Below, in pieces: positions 7,434-17,525 of a stretch of 64,000 nt of DNA. Position 1 is the first letter of the stretch. The number at the start of each line of letters is the position of its first letter. The DNA lies in contig JBNKCR010000065.1 in the NCBI GenBank assembly GCA_050287845.1, positions 1 to 64,000 on the forward strand. Reading direction: 5' to 3'. Under the pieces are notes generated by a model, which saw only the letters and a program-made list of their open reading frames with translations, did not search any database and was not told where the DNA came from. The stretch comes from Polyangia bacterium. Its GTDB lineage: Bacteria; Myxococcota_A; Polyangia; JAAYKL01. Both the position numbers and the translations under genes were made by a program.

Positions 7434-10400
7434 AACGGTATTACGAATTCTTTGTCAAACGCCCGCTGCTGGTGCACGTGCTCATGGCAATGGTGATCAT
7501 CGGCGGGCTGATGACCGCACAGTCCATGCCCGTGGATACCATGCCCAAGTTTGATTTGGGTATTGTGAATATCACCACCCTGCGCCAGGGCGCCAGCCCT
7601 GAGGATATGGAGTTGGCAGTCACCGTTCCCATTGAGGAGGAAGTGCTCAACGTGGACGGTATTTACCGCATTCAGTCCCGCAGCATGGAGGGCATGTCGG
7701 TAATTGTCGCCCGGCTTGACCCGGATGTGAAAGCGCCCAAAAAGGTCGTTCAGGATATTCAGAAAGCGGTGGACCGGGCCGTGGCGAAACTGCCGGGAGA
7801 TTTAACCTCCCGCCCGACAGTGGAGGAACTGTCCAGCGCCCAGGTGCCGGTCATGGAACTGCACATTTCCGGAAACGTACCGGAAAGCACGTTGCGAAAA
7901 ACAGCAAAGAAACTGCAGCGGGGGCTGCGGGAGCTGAATGGCGTGGCGGCGGTGGACCTGACCGGATATCGGGATCGGGAAGTGAAGATATACATTGATC
8001 CTGAAAAACTGTACCACCGGAACATTTCCTACGATGAAATCATCGCCGCGGTATCCCGTCGGAACGTGCGGGACTCGGGGGGAACGCTGGAGTCTTTTGG
8101 CGCAGAAAAAAAAGTGTTGACCGTTGGCCAGTTTGACACACCGGGAGAGGTGGAAGACGTCATCATTCGAAGCGATGGACCGGGGAACTATATTCGCATT
8201 AAGGATGTGGCAACCGTTATTGAGGATTTCACAGACTGGTCTGTAGAGAACAGATGCGACGGCAAGTTCGGTATTTCACTGGCCCCCAGAAAAAAAGTGG
8301 AGGTGGATGGCCTCAAACTGGCATCGGATGTACACGAGTTCGTGTCTCGCGTTCGCCCCACCCTTCCTCCGGGCATATCCATTGCCACAGTGAATGACGT
8401 CTCCAGATTCACCGAAGATATGCTGAATACGCTGAGCAGCAACGCCATCATGGGTTTCGTGCTGGTGCTGCTGGTGCTGCTGGTCTTCTTCCAGTTCCGC
8501 CTGGCATTCTGGGTAGCCATCGGCCTGCCGGTGGCTATGCTCATCTCACTGCTGCTCATGCCCCTGTTCGGACTGAATATCAACATGCTTACACTGTATG
8601 CAGTCATCCTCATGCTCGGTATGCTGGTGGATGACGCCATCGTGACGGGGGAAAGTATTTTCGTCGCCAGGGAACGGGGTCTCTCCTGGAAGGACGCCGC
8701 CATCACCGGCGCGGCGAATATTTCAATGCCTGTGATTGTGAGTACCATCACCACCATTCTGGCGTTTTTACCCCTGGCTTTTCTCGGGGGACTGGAAGGC
8801 AAGTTTCTGTATGCATTTCCGGTAATGATTGCACTCATTCTGCTGGGTTCGCTTCTGGAATGTCAGACTTTTCTTCCCGCCCATCTTTCCAGCGGCAAGG
8901 ATGTGGCGCCCAAACCCAAACGATGGTTCGTTCACATTCAACGCGCATATGACAATTTTATTCGACGCGCCGTCCATCGCCGGTATCTCACCATCGGTGT
9001 TTTTGTGGCAGTCTGCACGGGTATCGTGGTGGTGAGCAGTCAGGTGGTTCGATTCAACCTGTATCCCGAAATGGATGTGGACTCGTTCTGGGTGGGGGTG
9101 GAGCTGCCAGAAGGTTCTTCCCGGGAGGACACCAGAGAAAAAGTGGCCTGGCTGGAATCGCGCATACGCAAGGCCATCCCACCGGACGATATGCTGAACA
9201 TCACCACACAGCTGGGACACCACGATACCGATATATATGGGGCCACCGAAGGAAGAAACCCCGCGTGGGCGCTGCTTACTGTCTATATGAAACCACAGGG
9301 GGAGCGCAAATCCAACAGTAATGTACTCATTGCCGGACTTCGGGCGGATGTGAAGAAGATGGATGGCTTCAAATCCATCAAGATTCGCCCGTTTGAAGAC
9401 ACCCCCGTCGCCGGACAACCGGTGGAAGTGGAAGTGATCAGCAATACGGAGGAGCGATACGACCTGGCCAACGAGCTGCAGCAATGGTTGGCGGCTCATC
9501 CCCACGTGGTGGACGCATGGACCAGTTACAAGCCGGGAAAGGAAATTGTGAAGCTTTCTCTCCACTACGAAACCCTGGCCGACCGTGGGCTGACCGTTGC
9601 GGACATCACACGGGCGGTGCGTATCGCGTTCGATGGCGTTGTCATCAACCAGCTGCAGACTGTGGAGGAATCCATTGATTTCCGTCTGCAGTTTCAACCC
9701 GGAGATCAGGGAAAGCTGCAAACTCTCAACGAATTGATGGTGCGAATTCCCGGCGGGCAGTTTATCCCCCTTCGCAGTCTGGCGGATTTCGAAGAACGTC
9801 CCGGGGAGGCATCCATCAAACACTACCAGGGAGACCGGACGGTTACCGTGTATGCGTCCATCGATAAAGAAAACATCAGCACCGCTCAAATCAACGGGAA
9901 TCTGAAATCACACATTGAGAAAAGCGGCATCATGAAACGGTATCGGGATTCCCGACTTCATTTTGGCGGCGAGATGGAACAGCAACAGGAAGCCATGGGG
10001 AACATGGGCATCGCGTTTATTTTCTCTATACTGGGACTGTTTTTCCTGTTTGTGCTGCTGTTCAATTCATTCACCCAGCCCTTCCTGATCATGTCCGTGA
10101 TTCCGTTCGGATTCGTTGGCGTGCTGATTGGATTTGGTCTTCAAGGCATAGAACTGAGTATGATTGCCATGTTCGGCATCATCGGCCTGGCCGGTGTACT
10201 GGTGAACGACTCCACTGTGATGGTGCACGGACTCAATCAGAAAAAAACCGAGCTGAAACTGATACGACTCTCCAGCCAGGATGTGGCCGAGGGGGCAGCT
10301 TCCCGCTTGCGTCCCATTCTAATCACGTCCATTACCACGGTGGTGGGCCTGCTTCCCGCCGCCTACGAAATCGGAGGCGCCAACCCATTTATGACGCCCA

Positions 10401-10579
10401 TGATTATGGCCATGCTGTGGGGCGTTCTGTTCGGCACCCTGGTTTCCCTGGTTCTGTTGCCGTGTCTGTTTGCCTCGGAGCAGGATTTCCGGGCGTTGCT
10501 TCGTCGCATTTTCAGACGAGAAACGACGCCCCCCCATGCAGTCCCCCCGAGTGCATCCACAGAAGGAAGCATCTCATAA
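7430..10579 (+). CDS. RND efflux permease (AcrB/AcrD/AcrF family)
   Basis: 1049 aa with GASPEDME, TM4 GMLVDDAIV and RLRPILITS. ATGA overlap with the adaptor gene. No adjacent TolC gene. Confidence 0.95.
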   Translation: MKRYYEFFVKRPLLVHVLMAMVIIGGLMTAQSMPVDTMPKFDLGIVNITTLRQGASPEDMELAVTVPIEEEVLNVDGIYRIQSRSMEGMSVIVARLDPDVKAPKKVVQDIQKAVDRAVAKLPGDLTSRPTVEELSSAQVPVMELHISGNVPESTLRKTAKKLQRGLRELNGVAAVDLTGYRDREVKIYIDPEKLYHRNISYDEIIAAVSRRNVRDSGGTLESFGAEKKVLTVGQFDTPGEVEDVIIRSDGPGNYIRIKDVATVIEDFTDWSVENRCDGKFGISLAPRKKVEVDGLKLASDVHEFVSRVRPTLPPGISIATVNDVSRFTEDMLNTLSSNAIMGFVLVLLVLLVFFQFRLAFWVAIGLPVAMLISLLLMPLFGLNINMLTLYAVILMLGMLVDDAIVTGESIFVARERGLSWKDAAITGAANISMPVIVSTITTILAFLPLAFLGGLEGKFLYAFPVMIALILLGSLLECQTFLPAHLSSGKDVAPKPKRWFVHIQRAYDNFIRRAVHRRYLTIGVFVAVCTGIVVVSSQVVRFNLYPEMDVDSFWVGVELPEGSSREDTREKVAWLESRIRKAIPPDDMLNITTQLGHHDTDIYGATEGRNPAWALLTVYMKPQGERKSNSNVLIAGLRADVKKMDGFKSIKIRPFEDTPVAGQPVEVEVISNTEERYDLANELQQWLAAHPHVVDAWTSYKPGKEIVKLSLHYETLADRGLTVADITRAVRIAFDGVVINQLQTVEESIDFRLQFQPGDQGKLQTLNELMVRIPGGQFIPLRSLADFEERPGEASIKHYQGDRTVTVYASIDKENISTAQINGNLKSHIEKSGIMKRYRDSRLHFGGEMEQQQEAMGNMGIAFIFSILGLFFLFVLLFNSFTQPFLIMSVIPFGFVGVLIGFGLQGIELSMIAMFGIIGLAGVLVNDSTVMVHGLNQKKTELKLIRLSSQDVAEGAASRLRPILITSITTVVGLLPAAYEIGGANPFMTPMIMAMLWGVLFGTLVSLVLLPCLFASEQDFRALLRRIFRRETTPPHAVPPSASTEGSIS

Positions 10580-10680
10580 CATAAAATCCGTACTCATTGT
10601 ATCGGGTAACCCGCGCCCTGAAGGCAAAACGCACAAAATCATTCCCCCGCTCGCAGCGTGGCACTTCTGCGCAGAGCGTA

Positions 10681-11181
10681 TCAGCCCTGTTTTTTGGCTT
10701 TCTTTGTCTGCAGAATGGTTACCATACCCTTGTCATCCGGACGAAAAACCAGACAGTCGGCGGGTTCGGCGCCTTTGGATTCAGATACTCTACCGCGAAT
10801 TTTTATGACATCCCCCGATCTGATGCTGCGGGCCACAAAGCGTTGGGTACCTTTTTTTCCCATCAGACCAGCGTCCTGCCAGCCGTTTCGGATGTCGAGT
10901 ACGTCGCCATTGTCGGGAACCCAGATTTTTCCGGTGTCATCTTCCACATAAAATCCTTTGCATCCCTGGCGGGCAGACTGGGGAATCCACATTTTTCTCC
11001 CCTTCTTACGCGCGGGTTGTTTCCACGCTTCGATTAATTGCCAGTAACACGCGCAGGGAATATCCGTTCCGGGGATATTCACGGTCGATGACGCCACTAC
11101 CCTGCCTGCGGTGGTCTGCACCGAATCAGCAGTCAAAGTGGTGATTTTTTTGGGTTTCTGAAATCTGAAAAACATGGTCAT
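10681..11181 (-). CDS. Hypothetical protein, GIDE-like domain
   Basis: CACYW and FYVEDDTGKIWV...IRSGDVIKIRG resemble bacterial GIDE-family proteins. 1-bp overlap with the upstream gene. Confidence 0.5.
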   Translation of the reverse strand: MTMFFRFQKPKKITTLTADSVQTTAGRVVASSTVNIPGTDIPCACYWQLIEAWKQPARKKGRKMWIPQSARQGCKGFYVEDDTGKIWVPDNGDVLDIRNGWQDAGLMGKKGTQRFVARSIRSGDVIKIRGRVSESKGAEPADCLVFRPDDKGMVTILQTKKAKKQG

Positions 11182-12266
11182 TACTCCTTCGGTGACTGCA
11201 GCACCGCTGATTGCACCTGATGATTTGCCTCAGATTCTCCCGTGATCAGCGACCAACCCAGCACACTCACGCCGTCAACCGGCACCAGTTTTCCAATCAA
11301 TGATGGCGCCAACACCCAGGGCCGCAACCGTTCGGGAATCTGCCTGGCCTGCACTTCCACCTGTCGTGTATAGTCCCGCCAGTTGTTCTCGGACTCGGGC
11401 ATCTCACTGTGCGCCTCAAACTGATACGTCAGCGAGAATCCGAGGCCATATACAAACGTGGGACGAATATCCACCAGTTCAACATCGCCCTCGGATACGC
11501 GCTCAAACCCGGTGGCCGTACGAACGGTGTCAAATGCTTCAGCGCGTTCGTCTGTATCCAGCGCTGCCCATTCCGCTTCTGTGAGCACTGATTTAAACTG
11601 ACGGGTTTCCAGACTGAATATCCGGTATCCATGGTCGGCGCCGGCCGTATCGGGGTCGCACAGCTGATGGCGATTTTCGTAGCGGACAAACACGTACGGA
11701 CCGATAATCCCGGTCACCGTTGCGCGCTGCTCCAGAACAGTCAGTTTCTGCAAATCCTCATCGGTCACCGGCAATGGGGCGAGGTCAATGTCCGCTTTCG
11801 ATTCTTCACCGGCACCATCTGAATCTTCCGCATTCAATTCAGATAAAACCAGCCGCTCATAGTCCGCTGTATCCAGGGGATGGGGACACTCCCCTTCAAA
11901 ATCCGCATTTGCCCACTCGGTACAATCGCACAGGACCTGCGCTTCGATCTGCCGCGAGATGCGGAGGGCCCGGTCATTCCAGGACAGGATGATGTCGTCC
12001 GCATTGCCCAGCTGAATCAATTCATTTTTATTCCCGTTGAACAGGTTGGTCTGATACCGATTACTGCGATCCGCTGCCCACATCAACGCGGTCTGGGGCG
12101 CGTCTGCGTCGTCCAGCACCATGGCCATGGCGATTTTTCGCCTGGCGTCATCGCTGAGACCGCCACCATGGCACGCAGCCACAGCCATCGTCGCCCATAG
12201 CAACACCAGCTGCCATCGCTGGAAACCGAAAAGGCGGCTAAGAAATATTTCCGATTTTCGTGTCAT
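11181..12266 (-). CDS. Hypothetical lipoprotein
   Basis: Basic N-terminus, hydrophobic stretch and VAAC lipobox. 361-aa ORF with no recognised domain. Confidence 0.7.
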   Translation of the reverse strand: MTRKSEIFLSRLFGFQRWQLVLLWATMAVAACHGGGLSDDARRKIAMAMVLDDADAPQTALMWAADRSNRYQTNLFNGNKNELIQLGNADDIILSWNDRALRISRQIEAQVLCDCTEWANADFEGECPHPLDTADYERLVLSELNAEDSDGAGEESKADIDLAPLPVTDEDLQKLTVLEQRATVTGIIGPYVFVRYENRHQLCDPDTAGADHGYRIFSLETRQFKSVLTEAEWAALDTDERAEAFDTVRTATGFERVSEGDVELVDIRPTFVYGLGFSLTYQFEAHSEMPESENNWRDYTRQVEVQARQIPERLRPWVLAPSLIGKLVPVDGVSVLGWSLITGESEANHQVQSAVLQSPKE

Positions 12267-12412
12267 ATACTAAACAACCCATTCACAACGCAATTGCTTC
12301 TGCAACATCTCCGGAACGCATCTATACGTCATTTCCTACAAACAGGGAAGCGCAGTAAAAGATTCCTGGAAGCTGAATTTAAATGAAAATGAAGGAGACG
12401 GGTATGGCCGTA

Positions 12413-15400
12413 TCAGGCGTTGGGAACGCAGCAGCCCGACACACAGTAATACGAATCAGACGCGCAATCCGAATTGGTGGTGCACACATCCCAGTTATTG
12501 GGACACGTGGCGCCTCCGGCATCCTTGCAGTGTTCCGGCAAATCGTCTGCGGTCATGCCCGGACAGAGGATGCAATTTTCCGGATCGCACTTGGTACCGC
12601 ATATCATTCCGCAATCCGAATCACCGCAACTGGGGCTGCAGTCGTCGCATCCCACGTATTCGCTGTCGGTATCGCTCCAGACCGGTTCTTCGCCCGCGGC
12701 ACAGACGCCATCACCGCATTCCGGCGTGGTACAATCCACCGGACAGTTGGCCGGTGTCTCACTGTCAGTGTCCAGATTACAGGCGCCGTCACCGCAGGTT
12801 GCAACGCAGTCCGAAACGCAATAGTTTTCCCCCGCGGGATTACTGGCCTGTTCACTGTGGGTGCAGTATCCATCGCCACAAACCGCTGCACAATCAATGG
12901 CGCAATCCCGAGCCGACTCTGTCGCCTGCTCACAGCGCATACATCTGGACGGATCATCAAAAGTTGACTCATTGCACGCATACGATTTGGTCGCAGTCTT
13001 GGACGAGTCGTAATTCCAGTAATTGCTGAACGGCGTGGCAGCGGAAATGTTCTCGCATACGTTGTCCACACAGAATGTGCAGCAGCCCCAGCAATCGCAT
13101 CCGGTTGGCACAAATGGAACGCACATGTTGGCGCATCCGGTCACCGGTTCATACTTGCCAAGGGAGCCCACAAGGCAGGTACTGCGATCAAACAGATTGC
13201 ACGCCGGGTGCCCCAGCTCACAGGATCCGTTGCCACAGAGTTCATCACAATCCAGCGAACAGGTATCAAATGTCTCGGTATGGGTGCACAACCCGTCGCC
13301 ACAGCTGGCGGCGCAGTCTGCCGGGCAAGTGGCCGCCGTTTCACCTGCACCGCTATCGCAGGTGGTATCCCCGCAGGTTGCCGCGCAATCGCTGGGACAT
13401 GTGGTGTTCGTTTCGAGCTCGGCACACAGGCCATCCCCACATTCAGCAGGACAGTCAGCGGGGCAATTGGGCACGCCAATATCGTCATCGGCAATGTTCG
13501 CATCAAAGTAGTCATCAAGGGCCGGATCGTAGAGCTGACAGCACGAATCCTGCTCGCACGTATCATCCCCGGACCCGGAATTGCCATCCACGAAACAGTC
13601 GTAGGGACCGCCGGGAACCGAGTTCTCATCCGAAGCAATCCCCGTGCGCAGTTCGGTTTCAAGGGTATCCAATCCGTACAGGCACTTAATATCCATGCCG
13701 TCCACAAGGCCGTTGTTATCATTGTCTTCGCAGTCGTCGCACTCACCGACACCCCCAGGCACACAGCTGGGATCGGTAACCGTCATCACGCCTCCTTCCA
13801 TCACATCGTAGCCGTCGTACGTATCTGTCCACGTCACGTCGCAATATGTCCAGGAGGCGCTGTCATCCACCGACACCCGGAATGCGTAGAAATACACCCC
13901 CACCGGGATATCGGTAAAAGTACCCGAAAAGACATCGTATTCATCTATGGTGGTATCCGTATCGCCACTGTCACCGGAATATGCAACGGACTGCCAGGTC
14001 TCCCAGGTTTCCGGATCGGTATATCTGGCGCCATATCCCAACTCCGCCACCACACGTCCTGAACTCCCCGCGCCTTCGGTGAAGCCGGGGTGATACACCT
14101 GAACATTCAGGGTATCGGACTGCGCGTACACCGTATCGGAGTCTGTATCGCTGTAATAGGTGCCTTTATAGACGGTGACTTTCGGGGCAATGATGCCGCA
14201 ATTGCCCACATCGCATGGATCGTTCATGGCGCCGGGGCTGCCGTAATCATTGTCGGTGTCGCCCGCAATCCAGGTTTCCGAAGCGGGGCACCACAGATTC
14301 GCCGAGTCGTTCTCCGCGGCGGCAGTGGCATCCAGCGTCACTCCCGGCGACAGTCCCATGGAAGCGCCGCCGGTCATGGCGTAGCTCGCGCCATCCCAGG
14401 CAACGGCATCCACAATTCCCAGATTTCCCGACACCGAAATACTGCCGAGGTCCGTACCCAGTTCGGGGAATCCCGGCAGAACCTCATCCACCGTCACACC
14501 GCCATTGGCATCGGTATCCGCCGAAGCGCCGAATACCATATAGTTGTCGGCATCCACCAGCACCGATGGGGTGGCGGGCAAATCGATGACGGCGGAATCC
14601 GTGTCGCCCACAATGGCAATCGTGGAACCGGCCAGGTTCAACCGTTCACCGGAGGTATTGTATACTTCGAAGTATTGACCATTCACCACCGGTGTGCTCC
14701 CGGTGGGTTCAATCATCACTTCGGTAATCACCAGCTCGCCATCTATGGGCGTAGGAATCAGTCCGCACCCCCCAAGGCCGTCCGACTGATATCCGAGGGT
14801 GCCCTCATCGCAGGCATCACATCCCGGAGCGCTAGCCGGTGTTCCCGCCCAACCGACTTCGCATTCGCACAGGGCATTCACATCCGTCCCGTCGCACCGG
14901 GCATTGGTCGCGCATCCGGCGCCAGAAGTGGTATTATAACAGGGAATATCCTGACAGGCCGTCGTTAAATCCGCGGTGTCCGCATTCTCGTATCCAGCGC
15001 TGCAGTTGCAGACATACACATATTCAGCGCTGTCCGTATCATACGCGCAGGCGCCATTGGCACCGCAATCAATGTTCGTATCGCTGCAAACATCGGGATC
15101 ATCGCAATAGTCATTGGCCCATGCCCCGGTTTCGCAGTTCTGATATTGCTCTCCGTTGGTATCCATCCCACAGGCGTCCGTCAGTATCTGCGTATCGCTA
15201 TCCAGACAGACATCCGGATCTGTGCAGACGTCCGTGTCGTCAACCCAGGCACCAATGTCACAGTGCTGCAGTAAATCCCCACGGCCATTGAGTCCACAGT
15301 CGTCGGCCACCACCTGGGTATCGCTATCCGCACAGGTATCGGTGTCAGCACACGTGCCATCCTCCCAGGCGCCGGTCACGCAGGTCTGCGCCAGGGCTCC

Positions 15401-16891
15401 CCGCAGATTGAGACCGCAGCTGGCCGGAAGCGACTGGGTGTCGCTGTCAGTACAACTGTCGGAATCGGCACAATCGCCATCCTGCCATTCCCCGGTCACG
15501 CAGCTCTGATCCAGTGTTCCCCGATTATTCATACCGCAGTTCACGGACTGGGTATCCGAATCCACACAGTCATCCGTATCAGTGCAGGTGCCATCCACCC
15601 ATGCGCCCACCGTGCAAATCTGCAACAGTTCTCCCCGATTGTTCAGGCCACAGATGTCGGTCTGAGTATCGCTGTCCAGACATTCGTCGGTATCGGTGCA
15701 CACCCCATCCTGCCAGGTTCCGGTCACACAGGTCCGGGCCAGAGAACCGCGGGTATTGGTACCGCAACTGTTCAACAGCGACTGGGTATCCGAGTCCACA
15801 CAGTCATCGGGATCCGTACACACATCATCCGCCCATACCCCCACCGTACAGACCTGCAGCTGCTCCCCGCGGCTGTTGTAGCCGCATGCATCAGTCAGAG
15901 TCTGTGTGTCGCTGTCCAGACATTCGTCCGAATCGGTGCACACCCCATCCTGCCAGGTTCCGGTCACACAGGTCCGGGCCAGAGAACCGCGGGTATTCAT
16001 GCCGCAACTGCTCAACAGCGACTGGGTATCCGAGTCCACACAGTCATCCGGGTCGGTACACACATCGTCCACCCATACGCCCACAGTGCAGACCTGCAGC
16101 TGTTCCCCGCGACTGTTATACCCGCATTGGTCGGTCAATGTCTGCATATCACTGTCCGCACAATCATCCGTGTCGGTACACGTGCCGGTGTTCACCCAGC
16201 TGCCATCTACGCATTCCTGCACATACACCCCTCTGCCGTTCACCCCACAGACCGTTGCCCCATCCTGCAACAACCCATCAAAGCAGACGCCCGTGTCCGT
16301 GGATGTCCCGGTTCCGGTATCTGTGCCACCGGTATCGCCAGTATCGGTCCCACTCACACCGGTATCCGAAGACTGCGGATCCACCGTGCCGGTGTCTGAT
16401 GAGGTTGTATCGACCACCCCCGTATCATCTCCATTCGTATCCACTGTGCCGGAGTCCGTCACGCTGGTATCCGTCACATTGGTGTCCGTCACATTGGTGT
16501 CCGTTACGCTGGTATCGGTCACGCTGGTGTCCGTCACATTGGTATCGGTCTCGCTGGTATCCGTCATGTTGGTATCTGGCACCTGCGTATCGGTTGATGT
16601 GGTATCCGCCCATCCACTATCTATCCCCGATGAATCTGTTCCACCAATGACTCCCGTTTCCGAATCGCCCTCCGTGCCGTCCGTTCCTGATACCGGGGTA
16701 GAAGTATCCGTGTCATCGGTTCCGGAATTTCCTGATGTGGCGGAATCCGCAGTGCCACTGTCTGATTGCGTTGCTGAATCATTATTATTGTTGCCGCCGC
16801 CCCCGGAACCGCCACTGTCACTGCATCCGAAAACAATCAGAAAAAACAGACCGAAAATCATACCTGTTTGTTTGCCCAGCTTGCTGCTCAT
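12413..16891 (-). CDS. Large Cys-rich surface lipoprotein (D/T linker, 10 four-Cys repeats, EGF-like modules, lamin-tail domain, CGDGxC repeats)
   Basis: Lipobox VFGC. Lamin-tail motif GELVITEVMIEP...QYFEVYN. Ca-binding-like DNDNNGLVD. Multiple CGDGxC...CPxDC repeats. Confidence 0.85.
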   Translation of the reverse strand: MSSKLGKQTGMIFGLFFLIVFGCSDSGGSGGGGNNNNDSATQSDSGTADSATSGNSGTDDTDTSTPVSGTDGTEGDSETGVIGGTDSSGIDSGWADTTSTDTQVPDTNMTDTSETDTNVTDTSVTDTSVTDTNVTDTNVTDTSVTDSGTVDTNGDDTGVVDTTSSDTGTVDPQSSDTGVSGTDTGDTGGTDTGTGTSTDTGVCFDGLLQDGATVCGVNGRGVYVQECVDGSWVNTGTCTDTDDCADSDMQTLTDQCGYNSRGEQLQVCTVGVWVDDVCTDPDDCVDSDTQSLLSSCGMNTRGSLARTCVTGTWQDGVCTDSDECLDSDTQTLTDACGYNSRGEQLQVCTVGVWADDVCTDPDDCVDSDTQSLLNSCGTNTRGSLARTCVTGTWQDGVCTDTDECLDSDTQTDICGLNNRGELLQICTVGAWVDGTCTDTDDCVDSDTQSVNCGMNNRGTLDQSCVTGEWQDGDCADSDSCTDSDTQSLPASCGLNLRGALAQTCVTGAWEDGTCADTDTCADSDTQVVADDCGLNGRGDLLQHCDIGAWVDDTDVCTDPDVCLDSDTQILTDACGMDTNGEQYQNCETGAWANDYCDDPDVCSDTNIDCGANGACAYDTDSAEYVYVCNCSAGYENADTADLTTACQDIPCYNTTSGAGCATNARCDGTDVNALCECEVGWAGTPASAPGCDACDEGTLGYQSDGLGGCGLIPTPIDGELVITEVMIEPTGSTPVVNGQYFEVYNTSGERLNLAGSTIAIVGDTDSAVIDLPATPSVLVDADNYMVFGASADTDANGGVTVDEVLPGFPELGTDLGSISVSGNLGIVDAVAWDGASYAMTGGASMGLSPGVTLDATAAAENDSANLWCPASETWIAGDTDNDYGSPGAMNDPCDVGNCGIIAPKVTVYKGTYYSDTDSDTVYAQSDTLNVQVYHPGFTEGAGSSGRVVAELGYGARYTDPETWETWQSVAYSGDSGDTDTTIDEYDVFSGTFTDIPVGVYFYAFRVSVDDSASWTYCDVTWTDTYDGYDVMEGGVMTVTDPSCVPGGVGECDDCEDNDNNGLVDGMDIKCLYGLDTLETELRTGIASDENSVPGGPYDCFVDGNSGSGDDTCEQDSCCQLYDPALDDYFDANIADDDIGVPNCPADCPAECGDGLCAELETNTTCPSDCAATCGDTTCDSGAGETAATCPADCAASCGDGLCTHTETFDTCSLDCDELCGNGSCELGHPACNLFDRSTCLVGSLGKYEPVTGCANMCVPFVPTGCDCWGCCTFCVDNVCENISAATPFSNYWNYDSSKTATKSYACNESTFDDPSRCMRCEQATESARDCAIDCAAVCGDGYCTHSEQASNPAGENYCVSDCVATCGDGACNLDTDSETPANCPVDCTTPECGDGVCAAGEEPVWSDTDSEYVGCDDCSPSCGDSDCGMICGTKCDPENCILCPGMTADDLPEHCKDAGGATCPNNWDVCTTNSDCASDSYYCVSGCCVPNA
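15089..16285 (-). repeat. Ten tandem 38-42 aa repeats, consensus CxDSDTQ..CGxNxRG..QxCxxGxW.D..CTDxD
   Basis: Counted in the translation. 15661-15900 and 15901-16140 are a near-identical 240-bp tandem duplication. Confidence 0.92.
16457..16576 (-). repeat. Eight 15-bp tandem repeats encoding DT(N/S)(V/M/E)T
   Basis: DTNMT DTSET DTNVT DTSVT DTSVT DTNVT DTNVT DTSVT. Confidence 0.9.
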
Positions 16892-16960
16892 GTCTTCCCC
16901 CTTGTGTAGGATTGAACCGGACCCAATAAATACTAACTTCGGATCCTTTCAGTTAAACTT

Positions 16961-16997
16961 TAGAAACACGTGACATTTAAGTAGAAACAGCTGACAT
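16961..16997. promoter_or_regulatory. Direct-repeat operator candidate, 21-bp period
   Basis: TAGAAACACGTGACAT (16961) and TAGAAACAGCTGACAT (16982). A related copy, CAGAAACACGTGCTAT, lies at 17115. Confidence 0.5.
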
Positions 16998-17165
16998 GTC
17001 CCCCGTTCCGGGTACGGTGACACCCGGGTCATCCCAGAGAATCTTCCGCTGAAAGTCGTCTTTACGGAAAAGGGAAATCGCCAGCAGATTCAAACGCGCC
17101 CCGATTTGACCCGGCAGAAACACGTGCTATTTTTTTTGCTGGCTGTTTTTGAAAGGCGGAACATC

Positions 17166-17525
17166 TTGGACCCTGCAGAAGAAAAACGAGAATTGCTCAG
17201 CAACCTGATTGTCTACATGGATAGCTTTGAAACGGGCGTTCAGGGTACGGTAACCCTCTTTCAGGAAGGCAGTATTGAACAGGCCAAATTGAACACAGTT
17301 CAGGTAATCGACGGTTTAAGCTGGATTATGGAAGGCATCACGGTGTTGCGGGATCTGGTGGCAATTGATGTTACCGCACTGAAAAACACGCTGGTTGAAC
17401 TGCAGACCTGCCTGGAAAACGACGACGACGTTTCGACCTCTGACCTGTTTGAAAACGAGTTACTGCCGGTGGTGTCCTCTTGGAAACAAAGGATGAAAGA
17501 AGTTGACGGACAGCGCCATACTTAG
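17166..17525 (+). CDS. Small helical protein of the type found beside Maf flagellin-glycosylation genes
   Basis: IDGLSWI...LENDDDVSTSDLFENELLP pattern. TTG start after GAAAGG. Overlaps the Maf gene. Confidence 0.6.
   Translation: MDPAEEKRELLSNLIVYMDSFETGVQGTVTLFQEGSIEQAKLNTVQVIDGLSWIMEGITVLRDLVAIDVTALKNTLVELQTCLENDDDVSTSDLFENELLPVVSSWKQRMKEVDGQRHT

Noticed and set aside
6231..10579. RND pair as the APE exporter or a metal (Ni) pump
   Set aside because: The APE cluster has its own MMPL/LolA export genes, and no sequence feature indicates the substrate.
10658..10674. TGGCAC sigma54-like site
   Set aside because: The GG-to-GC spacing is 9, not 10, and the site lies between convergent genes.
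15661..16140. Diversity-generating retroelement TR/VR pair
   Set aside because: The copies are tandem inside one ORF, the differences are mostly synonymous rather than adenine-specific, and no reverse transcriptase is present.
15089..16576. CRISPR array
   Set aside because: The repeats are in-frame, degenerate and spacer-less within a CDS, and there are no cas genes.
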